A stretch of DNA of 64,000 nucleotides from Minisyncoccota bacterium (GCA_035546575.1 DASZWN010000002.1:96681-160680), one strand, 5' to 3'. Positions 1-10,213 are shown, numbered from the stretch's first letter. Notes: generated by a model from the letters alone, not told the origin. A program made the numbers and translations.

Positions 1-1388
1 GGACCATTTATCCCAGTGCTTGGCTAAAAAGTCTTTAACTGAGATAGACGAAAGCGCTACACGGGTAGGGTGTATGCCGTCGTAGGCGGTATAGGTCATA
101 TATATAGTATCTCCGATCTGGGTCACCCGCGGGTCCTCGCAGCCCGAGTTGCCCGTAGGCGAAGACCTCTTCATCTCAAAGTCCTCGCGCGGCACATACA
201 TAGCTCGTTCATCACGATCGGTAATTTTGACGCCATTTTTGCTTGCCGCGTAGCCGATAACGGAAGTGTTGTCCTCGCCCATCGCGCGGTACAGAATATG
301 CACTTTGCCGTCCAGGTCTATTGCCGCGGCGTTAAACACGGCGCTTTTCTCCCAGGGGTGGCTTGGTATAGGCGAGAGAATGGGATTTTCTTTAGCGCGG
401 ATCGCAAGCTCGACGCGCTTCTCCGGTATCATCGCAGAAAGTAAGTCGGGTAGATTGAGCGAGGCGCGCGCGCATACCGTGTCGGCAGCGCCATAGTAGA
501 TATCTACCCGATCATTGGGGTGGAGTATCGCTCCGGAAGGGAAGACAATGTTAGGCACCATGCCGTAGCGCTCATAAATCTCTTCGGGTACCATGATCGG
601 TCCTTTTGTCTTGCCAAAGATCTTCCACGGTTCGTTGAGGTCGAGCAGCATGGCCTCGATGCCGAACACGCGCTCGCCTCCGCCAAAATAATTTTGGATA
701 TACGAGTAAAAAAGGAGCCAACCGTACTGTGTCTTAATAGGAGCCGAGCCTACCTCGACATGATCGTGGTCAAATCTGAGCGGGTGTATCGTGTGCGAGT
801 CTATATCGGCATGCCACTTTTCCCAAAACTCAAGCGTCCACAACTCTTCTATGTTGTCGCACTGCGCAATCGCAATCTTAGATGGCGGCTCATCGGTGTG
901 TGCCGTCAAGATGAGCGTGATTTTGCCGTTTACGCGCTCTGGAAACAGCGCAGCCGCTTTTGCATTAAACGGAGTTACAAGGTGTCTTGACTCAATGGTC
1001 TCCAGGTCGCTTGATACCGCACAGGCAACTTTGATATTGCCCGGTCCGAACGGTTGCCCGCCGAGCGCCGTGTAGAAGATGTAATATTTGCCCTCAAAGT
1101 ACGTGGCACGAGGGTCTTCGCATCCGTATTTTTCCCACGGCTCTTCAGGAATGATAAGTTGCCGGCGGTTCTGAAAATGCTTTCCGTCTAAAGAAATTGC
1201 TTTGCCGATGGTCGAGAGGCCGGCTGGCGTCATGAGCGCATCGGGGCGGCCAAGCGCACGATATAAAACGTGCGTAATGTCGCCGCGCTTGACGGGAGAC
1301 GGGTTAAATGTGCCGCGCGCCTCCCATTGCTTGTCGGTCAGCGGCGCAATAAGCGGGTTGTGCGAACTTCTTCTGATAACGTACATAT
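1..1388 (-). CDS. GH130 family glycoside hydrolase / beta-mannoside phosphorylase with two tandem GH130 (DUF377) modules; 3' part runs off the left edge
   Basis: Hand translation of the minus strand from the ATG at 1388 gives MYVIRRSSHNPLIAPLTDKQWEARGTFNPSPV...PWEKYGCEDPRATYFEGKYY. A second CEDPR motif (NSGCEDPRVTQIGDTIYMTYTAYDG) appears near position 100. It is absent from the ORF track because it is truncated by the window edge. Confidence 0.6.
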
Positions 1389-1428
1389 CTTTGTTGTGTC
1401 TCAAGTATACCGTATAGCTTTACTGTAA

Positions 1429-2610
1429 TTACAACTTCACTGGCGTCAGTACTGCATGTTCATGGCTTTTTAGTTTGCGCAAAAAGTCGCGTAGGTTTAT
1501 TTTTGCCGCAGCAACGTATTTGTCTCCGCCGCCGTAGTACACAATAAGGTCGCCGTTAAATACCACTGCACCGGAAACGTAGATGATCCCGGGCTTCCAG
1601 TCGTTTTCGTACCAAGCGTCGGGCGCTAAAAGGGGGCTCTGCGCGCGATACAACACACGTGTCGGATCGTTGAGGTCAAGCAGTAATGCGCCAAGTTTGT
1701 AGCGGTTAGGATCGTTGGTGTCCATTGCGTGATACAAGAGGAGCCAACCCTCGGAAGTTTTGATAGGAGGAGCTGCCGCGCTGCGCGTGCGGTTGTGCCA
1801 GGCTACCTGGTGGTCAGGGAGTTGTTGCGGATCGGGCGCCTCTTCGGCGGTAGGCGCCTGCGCCATCGTCAGCTCCTGCATGAATTTGATATGCACGCGG
1901 CCCTCGTCGCCGCGGTCGAGGTTGTGGAAGAGCGCGAATTTGCCACCGATCTTTTCAGGAAACAGCACCCAGTTTTTTTGGCGGTCCCCGGGCTTTGAGA
2001 GATAGTCAAACTGGCTCCAGAGGCCGCGCGCGCTCAGCAGGTTGTACTCGTCCATTGAGGTAAACGCGACACGCATCGAGTTCCAGCCGTTGAACATGTT
2101 AAAGGTCATGTATACCGTACCATCAATTACTACTGCGCGTGGGTCTTCGCACCCGCCCCAGCCTCCACCCGAGGCGTACGAAATGGTGTCGTAGGTGAGC
2201 CTAGCTGGCGAGGTATACGGGCGGTGGGAGCGGGCCTCGGCAATGTTTTCTGCTGCATATACCGGCTCCGGCAGGCGTTCGTCAAAATGGATACCGTCTC
2301 CGCTTGAGGCGTAGCCGATGCGCGAGACACCGTCGCGCCCCAGTGCGCGATAGAGAATATGCACCCGTCCGCCGGCTACAATTGCCGCGGGGTTAAACAC
2401 AGCTTGCGACTCCCACCAGTGCTCCGGTTTAGGGCCTAGAATAGGATTCTCGTTGAAACGATTTAAGCGAAGCGGCCGGCGGATTTCATACAGCCAGAAT
2501 CCAAACAGCGCACAAAAGCCCAAGAGTACTGCCCCAAGCGCTACAAGTACGCCTACGCCACTGAGGGCTACTCCTGCTACCACGACTGCTGCTCCCAGTG
2601 CATCATTCAT
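1429..2610 (-). CDS. GH130 family glycoside hydrolase (mannoside phosphorylase-like) with N-terminal transmembrane anchor
   Basis: 393 aa with a hydrophobic N-terminus, then NPILGP...AVFNPAA...ILYRALG...GGCEDPR...YMTFN, typical of the GH130/DUF377 beta-propeller. Confidence 0.7.
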   Translation of the reverse strand: MNDALGAAVVVAGVALSGVGVLVALGAVLLGFCALFGFWLYEIRRPLRLNRFNENPILGPKPEHWWESQAVFNPAAIVAGGRVHILYRALGRDGVSRIGYASSGDGIHFDERLPEPVYAAENIAEARSHRPYTSPARLTYDTISYASGGGWGGCEDPRAVVIDGTVYMTFNMFNGWNSMRVAFTSMDEYNLLSARGLWSQFDYLSKPGDRQKNWVLFPEKIGGKFALFHNLDRGDEGRVHIKFMQELTMAQAPTAEEAPDPQQLPDHQVAWHNRTRSAAAPPIKTSEGWLLLYHAMDTNDPNRYKLGALLLDLNDPTRVLYRAQSPLLAPDAWYENDWKPGIIYVSGAVVFNGDLIVYYGGGDKYVAAAKINLRDFLRKLKSHEHAVLTPVKL

Positions 2611-2629
2611 GGTTTATAAAAAAGCGGGT

Positions 2630-2983
2630 TCAGACGCGGCCATAATTGTCTTTGAGTCTTGTAATGTCAGCCTCGTCAAAGTCGCCAAGCGCGATTTCGA
2701 GAAACACCAAGCCGTTGGGGCCGCCTGCAACGCGGTGTTCCACTCCGCGCGCTACAAAAAAATCTTCTCCCGGGTGTACTGCTGTCTTTATATCGCCCAC
2801 AATAACCGTTCCCGAGCCTGAGAGTATATGCCATGCTTCGTCGCGATGGGCGTGTTGCTGAAGAGACAGCTGCTCGTTAGGTTTTACCGTGATCACTTTT
2901 ACAGTCGACTTTTCGTTCAGCGTAAATCGCTCAAAGTGCCCCCACGGGCGAATATCCTTCTCGTAGTTGGGAAGGCCCCTCAT
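2630..2983 (-). CDS. cupin-domain protein (mannose-6-phosphate isomerase type II C-terminal cupin-like)
   Basis: 117 aa; the His-rich beta-barrel motifs QQHAHRDEAWHILSGSG and HRV fit cupin_2. It lies immediately downstream of the GH130 genes. Confidence 0.6.
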   Translation of the reverse strand: MRGLPNYEKDIRPWGHFERFTLNEKSTVKVITVKPNEQLSLQQHAHRDEAWHILSGSGTVIVGDIKTAVHPGEDFFVARGVEHRVAGGPNGLVFLEIALGDFDEADITRLKDNYGRV

Positions 2984-3040
2984 GACTCCAGTATACGGCC
3001 GGAGCGCTTTTTTACCGCACAGTATGAAGTGGAAAACTAT

Positions 3041-3544
3041 CTAAGCAGCCTGAGTCGGTACAATGTTGTTTCCAAGGACTTTTAGAAATTCTTCCCGGCG
3101 CTCCTCAAACCCGATTTCTTTGTCATGCCAAAAAGGATGCGATTCGACCGTATACTCGTAGTGTCCGCGCACCTCGCCGTCCTCAAACAAACGGATATGG
3201 TACTGATGCTTAAAATCCGGCGAGTAGCGTAGGCTTACCACCTCGCCCGCGTCAGTAAGGGCAACAAGCTGCCGTCCATAGCCCTGGGCTACGAGGGCTA
3301 TGATGAACGCTTGCGGGGTAATGCCCGGGGCAAGTGTGCCTAGCAAAAAGCGCTGGCGTCCGTTCGGACGATATTTTTCATACTTTTTCATATATCCGAG
3401 CTTCGCAAGGAAGTTGCGGACGTAGGGGTGCAGTGGTCTCAGCACATACCATACAAAGTACTTGCAGCGATCGCGCGTGTCGTTTGGATATACCATTTGA
3501 GAAACAGGAACGGTCCTCAGCCATTTTTTAAGTGACGCGTCCAT
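3041..3544 (-). CDS. hypothetical protein
   Basis: 167-aa ORF with no recognisable motif, co-oriented with the GH130/cupin genes. Confidence 0.35.
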   Translation of the reverse strand: MDASLKKWLRTVPVSQMVYPNDTRDRCKYFVWYVLRPLHPYVRNFLAKLGYMKKYEKYRPNGRQRFLLGTLAPGITPQAFIIALVAQGYGRQLVALTDAGEVVSLRYSPDFKHQYHIRLFEDGEVRGHYEYTVESHPFWHDKEIGFEERREEFLKVLGNNIVPTQAA

Positions 3545-3581
3545 GCGGGTATAGAAGTCGTTTTTAGATTATACTCTATAG

Positions 3582-4181
3582 ATGGCTACAATTGAAACGG
3601 TTACGGCCCTCCTCTTGGCCTACCGCTATTTGGTCATTGTGCCGCTTTCCTTGGTGGCGCAGCCGCTTGTAGGCATGCTTTCGGGCGTGCTTGCGCGGCT
3701 GGGTTATTTTGACATTCTGATCGTATACGCAGTGCTTGTCGTGACCGCGGTCTTGGGCGATATTTTTTGGTATTGGATTGGCTATCGATGGGGTATGCAG
3801 TTTATGACTCGGTTTGGCCGTTTTGTAAGCATCACCCCAAAACATGTAGAGGGCGTCAAAAAAATATTCAACCGGTACCATGCCTCGATCCTGCTTATAT
3901 CAAAGATTACCAATGGTGTTGGGTTTGCGCTGGTTACGCTATTTACCGCAGGGCTCACGCGCGTGCCGTTTGGGCGGTTTGTAGTATTTAATGTAATAGG
4001 TGAGTCGATCTGGTCGGCCATGATACTTTCGATCGGATACTTTTTGGGCAACGCGTATATTACGGTCAACAACGGTCTTGGCAAAGCATTTATTACCGCC
4101 CTGGTTATCCTATTGATCGCCGTCATTTTTGGAGTCGCCAAATACATGCACTCCTGGGTTGTGTCGCAGATGGAGCAATAA
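3582..4181 (+). CDS. DedA/VTT-family membrane protein
   Basis: 199 aa, multi-transmembrane, with a DedA-like core (GYFDILIVYAVLV...FGRFVSITPKHVEGVKKIFNRYH). Confidence 0.7.
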   Translation: MATIETVTALLLAYRYLVIVPLSLVAQPLVGMLSGVLARLGYFDILIVYAVLVVTAVLGDIFWYWIGYRWGMQFMTRFGRFVSITPKHVEGVKKIFNRYHASILLISKITNGVGFALVTLFTAGLTRVPFGRFVVFNVIGESIWSAMILSIGYFLGNAYITVNNGLGKAFITALVILLIAVIFGVAKYMHSWVVSQMEQ

Positions 4182-4190
4182 CACACCTCT

Positions 4191-4952
4191 ATGCGCTTGA
4201 GTATTGTAGTACCTGCATACAACGAAGAGGCCGTAATCGGCCCATGTCTTGACGCCATTACAAGAGCTGTTGTATATGCAGGTCTCGGGCCCGATGAATA
4301 TGAAATTGTAGTCGTCAATAATGCCTCAACCGATCGCACAAAAGAGATTGCGTTGTCGCATGCGGGTGTGCGCGTAGTCGACGAGATGCGCAAAGGCCTC
4401 ACCAGGGCAAAACAAGCTGGATATATGGCTACACAAGGGGATATTCTGGCACATCCCGATGCAGATACGCTAATGCCCGAGCGGTGGCTCTCGATCGTAG
4501 TAGGGGAGTTTGAAAAAGATCCGACGCTGCTGGCGGTTACAGGGCCTTACATATACTACGATTTGCCACCCCTCAAACGCTTAGTAATTCGTTTCTTTAT
4601 CTTCTGTGCTTACTTATCGCACATCTTTAATCATTTTGTATTGGGTATGGGCGCAATGATTCAAGGGGGTAACTATGCCGTGCGGCGTTCAGTGCTTGAT
4701 GCTATTGGCGGATACGATACCTCCATAGAGTTTTATGGCGAGGATACTGACCTTGCGCGGCGCATTTCCGAGATAGGTAAAGTAGGCTGGATGTGGAAGC
4801 TCTACATGTATTCTTCTGGCAGACGCTTGGTAGCAGAGGGAATTATGACCATAAGTTGGCGCTACACGATCAACTACCTCAGCACAATCTTTATAAAAAA
4901 GCCTGTCACTATGAATTATATCGACATTCGCCCCGATAAAAGAGAGCACTAG
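4191..4952 (+). CDS. family 2 glycosyltransferase
   Basis: N-terminal LSIVVPAYNEE...VVNNASTD and a DAD motif (HPDADT) are typical of the GT2 GT-A fold. Confidence 0.7.
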   Translation: MRLSIVVPAYNEEAVIGPCLDAITRAVVYAGLGPDEYEIVVVNNASTDRTKEIALSHAGVRVVDEMRKGLTRAKQAGYMATQGDILAHPDADTLMPERWLSIVVGEFEKDPTLLAVTGPYIYYDLPPLKRLVIRFFIFCAYLSHIFNHFVLGMGAMIQGGNYAVRRSVLDAIGGYDTSIEFYGEDTDLARRISEIGKVGWMWKLYMYSSGRRLVAEGIMTISWRYTINYLSTIFIKKPVTMNYIDIRPDKREH

Positions 4953-5731
4953 TGGAAGAGAATGAACCAAAATACAAGCGCTGCTAGAATCCGGTAGATA
5001 CCAAACGGCACAAACGTGTGCGTTCGCACAAATGAGAGCAAGAATTTAATACTGAAGAACGCAACAACCGCGGAGGTTACGAACCCTACGCCAAGTATGC
5101 CGACGCCGCCCAGGGAAAATGCAGCGTGATTTCGAGCAATATCAAGACCGCTCGCCGCGAGCATCGTGGGTACCGCAAGCAGGAACGAAAACTCAACAAT
5201 AGCAACGCGTCGCATGCCAAAGATAAGACCTCCGACGATGCTTGCGGCCGAGCGCGAGACTCCCGGCACAATTGCGAGCGACTGAAACAGCCCAATAACG
5301 GCTGCTTGCGGGTATGACATTTCCTCGAGCCCCACTGCTTGTCCGGTTACGTGTGCGCCTTTGCGCGCATGCCAGAGTTCAAAGACAATCAGTGCGATAC
5401 CGCCCCCAAATAGCATCCATAGCACAAGCGCGTCATTGCCTAAAAAATATGCCTTTACGACTTTGTAGAGCAGTAACCCGATGATTCCTGTAGGGATAAA
5501 GGCAACTACAAGTCGCTTGAGTATCTCGACCTTTAAAAATGACCTCCAGTACAGCACCACAACCGAGGCGATAGCGCCAAGTTGTATGATAATCTCAAAA
5601 CTTTTCTGAAAGTCGTCTTGCGCTACTCCCAAAAGAGAACTCGCGAGGATTAGATGTCCGGTTGAGGAGATAGGCAAAAATTCCGTAACCCCTTCAACAA
5701 TACCGAGCACTACTGCAGTGAGTGCATGCAT
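4949..5731 (-). CDS. uppP: undecaprenyl-diphosphate phosphatase
   Basis: 260 aa; the VTEFLPISSTGH and PGVSRSAASI motifs are diagnostic of BacA/UppP. Confidence 0.85.
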   Translation of the reverse strand: MHALTAVVLGIVEGVTEFLPISSTGHLILASSLLGVAQDDFQKSFEIIIQLGAIASVVVLYWRSFLKVEILKRLVVAFIPTGIIGLLLYKVVKAYFLGNDALVLWMLFGGGIALIVFELWHARKGAHVTGQAVGLEEMSYPQAAVIGLFQSLAIVPGVSRSAASIVGGLIFGMRRVAIVEFSFLLAVPTMLAASGLDIARNHAAFSLGGVGILGVGFVTSAVVAFFSIKFLLSFVRTHTFVPFGIYRILAALVFWFILFH

Positions 5732-5753
5732 CGCTGTATGGTAACACGCTCAC

Positions 5754-7817
5754 TCAAGCCGAGGGTGGCAAGATCGCAACCAAATCCATAATACTGATCG
5801 GTTTGGTGAGGTGATAATCAAAGCCGGCCTCTTTTGCGCGCTCTTTGTCCTCGGCTTGTCCGTAGCCGGTGAGTGCTACCAACAAACCCTCATATCCGTC
5901 TTTAATCCTGAGCAGCCTTGCAAGGCTGTAGCCATCGGTATCGGGGAGTCCGATATCGAGCACGATCGTATGCGGCCGGTATACATGTACTTTTTTACGC
6001 GCCTCGTCGCCGGTTGAGGCATATGCTACGGAATATCCTTTGTGTGCAAGCAGTTTGCCGATACCCTGCGCTGCAGCTATATTGTCGTCAACTACCAGTA
6101 CGCGGCCTTCGCCTTGTGTTGCTTCGGCAAATGTCTGTGCCGCGCCCTTCTCGTGTATAGATGGCATTGCAGCCGCTGTCATAAGAGGAAGTCGCACGAT
6201 AAACACACTGCCGCGCTGTGCTCCTTCGCTGCGTGCCTCTATAGTTCCTGCATGCATCTCGACAAGTTTTTTAGTGAGCGAGAGCCCGATCCCGAGCCCC
6301 TCGCCCATGCGCGTACCGGTCTCGAGCTGTAAAAACGGCTCGAATATGCGCTCCATCATGCTCGGTTCGATCCCAATACCGTTGTCGATAACAGAAATAG
6401 CAGCAACATCTCCCTCGCGTGCCACCGAAAGCGAAATCTGACCTCCCTCGTTCGTAAACTTAGAAGCATTGGTGAGTAGATTAGTGACTACCTGCTCGAT
6501 GCGCACCGGGTCTGCCTGGAGAAGCAGCGGAGTCTCGGGCACACTCACGGTAAGGACCTGTCGGCGATTTTGCATTTGCCATTCTATAGACTGCGCAGAA
6601 TGTTGAAGTATCTGTCGCAAATCGGCGACCTCGGTCTTAAGGCGGATCTTTGAGCGTTCGATGCGCGAAACGTCGAGCAGGTCATCGAGCAGGCGTTGGA
6701 TTGTTTTAAGCCTGTCGTCCATAAGATCAAGAGCCTCCTCCTCTTCGGGCGGGCGGGGTGTAAGCCGCATAAACTCGAGCGAGCTGACAATCGGTGCGAG
6801 CGGGTTGCGCAGCTCGTGCGCCAAGATTGCAATAAAGTCGCTTTTAGCGCGATCGTTGAGGGAGAGGCGGTTAAGCGCGTCCTCGAGCTTGTCGATGTAG
6901 GATTTGAGCGCCTTGGTGACCTCGGTACGCTCTTCCTGGAGGCCTGCGATGATATAAAAGATAACTGCAATAATGTTGATGAATATCTCGAGCTGAAAGA
7001 GCCGATTACCAAGCTGCACCGCATCAAGAGCGGCGGCGTTTGGGCCGTACACTGTGCCAAGTATCGCGATAACCGTTGTGCAAAAGAGGCCGAGGATCGT
7101 GAATCGCGGCCCGATCCGGATTGCGAGCCAAAACAAAGGTACGAGGAGAAAATACACCAGCGAAATGCCGCCCACTTGCGGGATCTGCAGCATGAACAGG
7201 GCCCAATCAATGCCAAGGAGCACCGCAAACACGCTGCAGATTTCTAGTATCTGCCGAGGCGTGCGCCTGAAGGTTGGCTCGGCACCCCAGCGAATGATAA
7301 GCGGTGCGATAACAAGCAAGCTCAGTGTCATTCCGGTCCACCACGACCCCCATGTAATCGAGGAGTGGAACCCAGGGACAAAATGCGTATTAAACCACAC
7401 CGCAAGCAAGCCGCCTGTCGGCACTATCACCGAAGCGATAAGCGCCACTGCCATGAGCGCAAACATGTCGCGCAACCGGCGCACGAGCGGGTCGAGTTTA
7501 CATTGTTTGAGGAGCAGCGCGCCGATTACCGCCTGGAGCGTATGTGCAAATGGCAGCAATAATATGTATCCCGTAGCGCTTCCTGCAAGCGCATAGTTAA
7601 AGAGCGCTGCAAAAAATATTGCGGGCCACAACCATATTCCTTCAAGCACCAATACGCCCAGTGCAATCCCGGCAGCAGGGTAGACCACGGCTGGTGCCAG
7701 GTAGAGTTGCCCGCCTATGCGTGCAGCAAGAAAGTACACGATAAACAAAACCCCTGCTGCAATATAGTGCCGACGAGTGAGGGTGTGCGGAGGCAGCAGG
7801 TCCGACAGGAAGTGCAT
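5754..7817 (-). CDS. hybrid sensor histidine kinase (MASE1-like membrane sensor, HisKA, HATPase_c, C-terminal receiver)
   Basis: 687 aa. Multi-TM N-terminus, H-box AHELRNPL, N/G boxes (NLLTNASKFT, GLGIGLSL) and a C-terminal receiver (LVVDDN...DIGLPDTDG). Confidence 0.8.
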   Translation of the reverse strand: MHFLSDLLPPHTLTRRHYIAAGVLFIVYFLAARIGGQLYLAPAVVYPAAGIALGVLVLEGIWLWPAIFFAALFNYALAGSATGYILLLPFAHTLQAVIGALLLKQCKLDPLVRRLRDMFALMAVALIASVIVPTGGLLAVWFNTHFVPGFHSSITWGSWWTGMTLSLLVIAPLIIRWGAEPTFRRTPRQILEICSVFAVLLGIDWALFMLQIPQVGGISLVYFLLVPLFWLAIRIGPRFTILGLFCTTVIAILGTVYGPNAAALDAVQLGNRLFQLEIFINIIAVIFYIIAGLQEERTEVTKALKSYIDKLEDALNRLSLNDRAKSDFIAILAHELRNPLAPIVSSLEFMRLTPRPPEEEEALDLMDDRLKTIQRLLDDLLDVSRIERSKIRLKTEVADLRQILQHSAQSIEWQMQNRRQVLTVSVPETPLLLQADPVRIEQVVTNLLTNASKFTNEGGQISLSVAREGDVAAISVIDNGIGIEPSMMERIFEPFLQLETGTRMGEGLGIGLSLTKKLVEMHAGTIEARSEGAQRGSVFIVRLPLMTAAAMPSIHEKGAAQTFAEATQGEGRVLVVDDNIAAAQGIGKLLAHKGYSVAYASTGDEARKKVHVYRPHTIVLDIGLPDTDGYSLARLLRIKDGYEGLLVALTGYGQAEDKERAKEAGFDYHLTKPISIMDLVAILPPSA

Positions 7818-7904
7818 GGCTGTATTGTAAGCGCGGCCCGAGGGGCGTCAATCGCTTGTGTGTATAAGCGTAGTTCTGCTATAACTAGTGAGCTTGTTCG
7901 ACAA

Positions 7905-8342
7905 ATGAAGAAAAAGATGCTCACAAAAGCCGGTACATGTACGCCCGGCGGATATATGTTGCGTGTTGGTCGCTCATTCACGGGCTTGGGCCTTTTTGCT
8001 ATGGAACCGATAGCAAAAGGCAAGTGCATTATCGAGTACACCGGGCGTCGTATCTCTAAAAAAGAGGAGTACGCAAGCAATAGCAGATATCTGTTCGAGA
8101 TAAGCAAGACAAAAACAATCGACGGGAGATCCAAGTCAAATAAAGCGCGCTACATTAACCACTCGTGCGTGCCCAACTGCGAGATCGAGATCCGAAAAGA
8201 GCGCATCTACGTATTTTCAAAAAAGAATATCAAGGCAGGGGAGGAGCTTACCTACGACTACGACACCGACTACTTTGATGAGTATATCAAGCCGGTCGGC
8301 TGCAAGTGCCGTAAACACGCGCCCGAGCTCTACAAGAAGTAG
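7905..8342 (+). CDS. SET-domain protein (putative protein lysine methyltransferase) with post-SET Cys cluster
   Basis: Start trimmed to the ATG at 7905 to clear the overlap with the kinase. Motifs GLGLFA, RYINHSCVPNC, ELTYDYD and C-terminal CKCRKH are classic SET/post-SET. Confidence 0.7.
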   Translation: MKKKMLTKAGTCTPGGYMLRVGRSFTGLGLFAMEPIAKGKCIIEYTGRRISKKEEYASNSRYLFEISKTKTIDGRSKSNKARYINHSCVPNCEIEIRKERIYVFSKKNIKAGEELTYDYDTDYFDEYIKPVGCKCRKHAPELYKK

Positions 8343-8397
8343 CCAAATACAAAAATACCCCGCACAGGTGCGGGGTATTTTTGAGTCTGGCGGCAGA

Positions 8398-8595
8398 TTA
8401 TGCGCGAGAGACGTTCGTGGCAGAAGGGCCCTTCTCGCCCTGTGTTACCTCAAACTGGAGAGTATCACCGACTTTGAGCTCGTCAAAGGTGACACCATTG
8501 AGCTCCTTGGAGTGGAAGAAGAGATCCTTCGCCTCGCCTTCGCGAGAGATGAATCCGAATCCACGATCAGTGAGCGTCTTTATTGTTCCTGTCAT
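8398..8595 (-). CDS. cold-shock protein (CspA family)
   Basis: 65 aa; RNP motifs GFGFI and FFHS. Confidence 0.85.
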   Translation of the reverse strand: MTGTIKTLTDRGFGFISREGEAKDLFFHSKELNGVTFDELKVGDTLQFEVTQGEKGPSATNVSRA

Positions 8596-8810
8596 TTGAA
8601 TTAGATTACTATTTTTCTTGAAACTTCGACTACGTCTCCCTCAACCAAACGTTGAGGCTTCTATTATACCGCCTTTGGGGCTCGCTGTCAATCAGGTCTA
8701 AAAAGACCAGTGGATAAGCCTTTTTGCATGAGTTCATGTACCCCCAGGGTAAATACACTAGCCATTCCAGCAGTGCATTTGTCTAGTGTCCGCCTCAGGC
8801 GGATTTTAGT

Positions 8811-9767
8811 ATGCTTGGAGCAATGGCTATTGTCTGGAATCGGGTCACTTGGTACTCAAAACTTGCGGCACTTATTGTGTTTATCGGCGTATTTGCGCTC
8901 GGTCTTTATTTGGGAGCCACTTACAACGAAGCAACGCATTATTCGGTACAAGATATTTCACCCTCTATCCTCTTGGCGAGTCCGGCAAGCCTCTATCGCG
9001 GCAGCTCGGTGGTAGCGCATTCTGTTTCAACATCATCACTGCGGCTATTTTCCTGGGTTAAGCAAAACACTATCGCAAAAGTTGTAAAAACCTCTAAGCC
9101 AGCTCAGACACCTATACCTCCATCTCCTGCGACTACCACTACGCCAACTCCTGCGCAAACAACTCCGACTCAGTCTATAACCCCCACACCTACTCCAACT
9201 CCAACTCCTATTCCTCAACCTACTCCCACTCCAACCCCTACGCCGGTGGTAACTCCTACGCCAACTCCTGCTCCAGCTTCAAACGAGATCCGTTTCCAAG
9301 CCTACTTAACCGCTTATACCTACTGGGACAACACCCCGCCTGGCTCTTCGGACATATCAAACCCAATTATCCACAGCAAAGCGGGGGGTACCGGCACGTT
9401 TTCCGACCCTATTACGGTGGCGGTGGGGCATTCGATTAGCGGCGGCAAAGACACGCTCGACTACCCGGCGGGGACCAAGTTCTACCTTCCTTATATAAAG
9501 AAATACTTTATCGTCGAGGACACCTGCGGCGATGGAAACACCCCTCAAAACGGCCCTTGCCACACCGGCTACGAGGGCCATCCGTGGCTTGATCTATGGA
9601 TAGATGGGGCAAACGGCACCCGCTCTTCTTCTAATACCTGCGCCGAGGATATTACCGAGGTTCACCTTGTTATACAGAATCCGGCCTCCAACTACGCGGT
9701 CTCGGCAGGCCCGGTATACAACAACGGTTGTGCCGCGCAGTTCTCCGACACGGTGATCTCGCTCTAA
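8811..9767 (+). CDS. membrane-anchored protein with Thr/Pro-rich linker and C-terminal 3D/DPBB-like domain (possible cell-wall lytic transglycosylase-like)
   Basis: TM helix near the N-terminus; about 60 aa of (TP)n linker; C-terminal block with conserved acidic residues ([11 protein letters not shown]) resembling 3D/RlpA-like domains. The ATG at 8823 is an alternative start. Confidence 0.45.
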   Translation: MLGAMAIVWNRVTWYSKLAALIVFIGVFALGLYLGATYNEATHYSVQDISPSILLASPASLYRGSSVVAHSVSTSSLRLFSWVKQNTIAKVVKTSKPAQTPIPPSPATTTTPTPAQTTPTQSITPTPTPTPTPIPQPTPTPTPTPVVTPTPTPAPASNEIRFQAYLTAYTYWDNTPPGSSDISNPIIHSKAGGTGTFSDPITVAVGHSISGGKDTLDYPAGTKFYLPYIKKYFIVEDTCGDGNTPQNGPCHTGYEGHPWLDLWIDGANGTRSSSNTCAEDITEVHLVIQNPASNYAVSAGPVYNNGCAAQFSDTVISL

Positions 9768-9877
9768 CTACCCCTCCCAATGCCTGGGCTGTAGCTCAAA
9801 GGGGCTCTAGGGACAAGCCTAAGGGCATGGTATATAATTAGCCGTGTTTCATTACTAATAAAGATTCACGTTATTTT

Positions 9878-10132
9878 ATGGTTAGAACAGCAAATCCGGC
9901 TCTGCTCAAGCCCCTCGATCTCTCAGATGATCTTGAAGCAGTGGTAGGGAAAGGTCCGATGCCTCGCTCACAGGTCGTTAAAAAGCTCTGGGAGTACATC
10001 AAGAAGCACGATCTTCAGAATCCGAAGAATAAGCGCAACATTTTGGCGGACGAAAAGCTCAAGCCGATATTCGGCAAAAGTGAGGTCACTATGTTCGAGA
10101 TGACGAAGCTCGTCTCGGGCCACATGAAGTAA
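9878..10132 (+). CDS. SWIB/MDM2-domain protein
   Basis: 84 aa; LPRSQVVKKLWEYIKKHDLQNPKNKRNILADEKLKPIFG...FEMTKLVSGHM matches the SWIB fold consensus. Confidence 0.7.
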   Translation: MVRTANPALLKPLDLSDDLEAVVGKGPMPRSQVVKKLWEYIKKHDLQNPKNKRNILADEKLKPIFGKSEVTMFEMTKLVSGHMK

Positions 10133-10152
10133 TCAGGCTTCCGCTGCCTTGC

Positions 10153-10185
10153 AAACACCCGCCTCAGGCGGGTGTTTGCTTTTGC
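10153..10185 (+). terminator. rho-independent terminator after the SWIB gene
   Basis: Stem AAACACCCGCC-tcag-GGCGGGTGTTT followed by GCTTTTGC. Confidence 0.5.
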
Positions 10186-10213
10186 ACTGCAAGATCATGA
10201 TAGTATGTAGGGC

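Noticed and set aside
6584-7228. 214-aa minus-strand ORF and several plus-strand ORFs nested inside the histidine-kinase gene
   Set aside because: Shadow ORFs created by high GC in alternative frames of a well-supported 687-aa kinase. Arg/Ser/Pro-rich, low-complexity translations.
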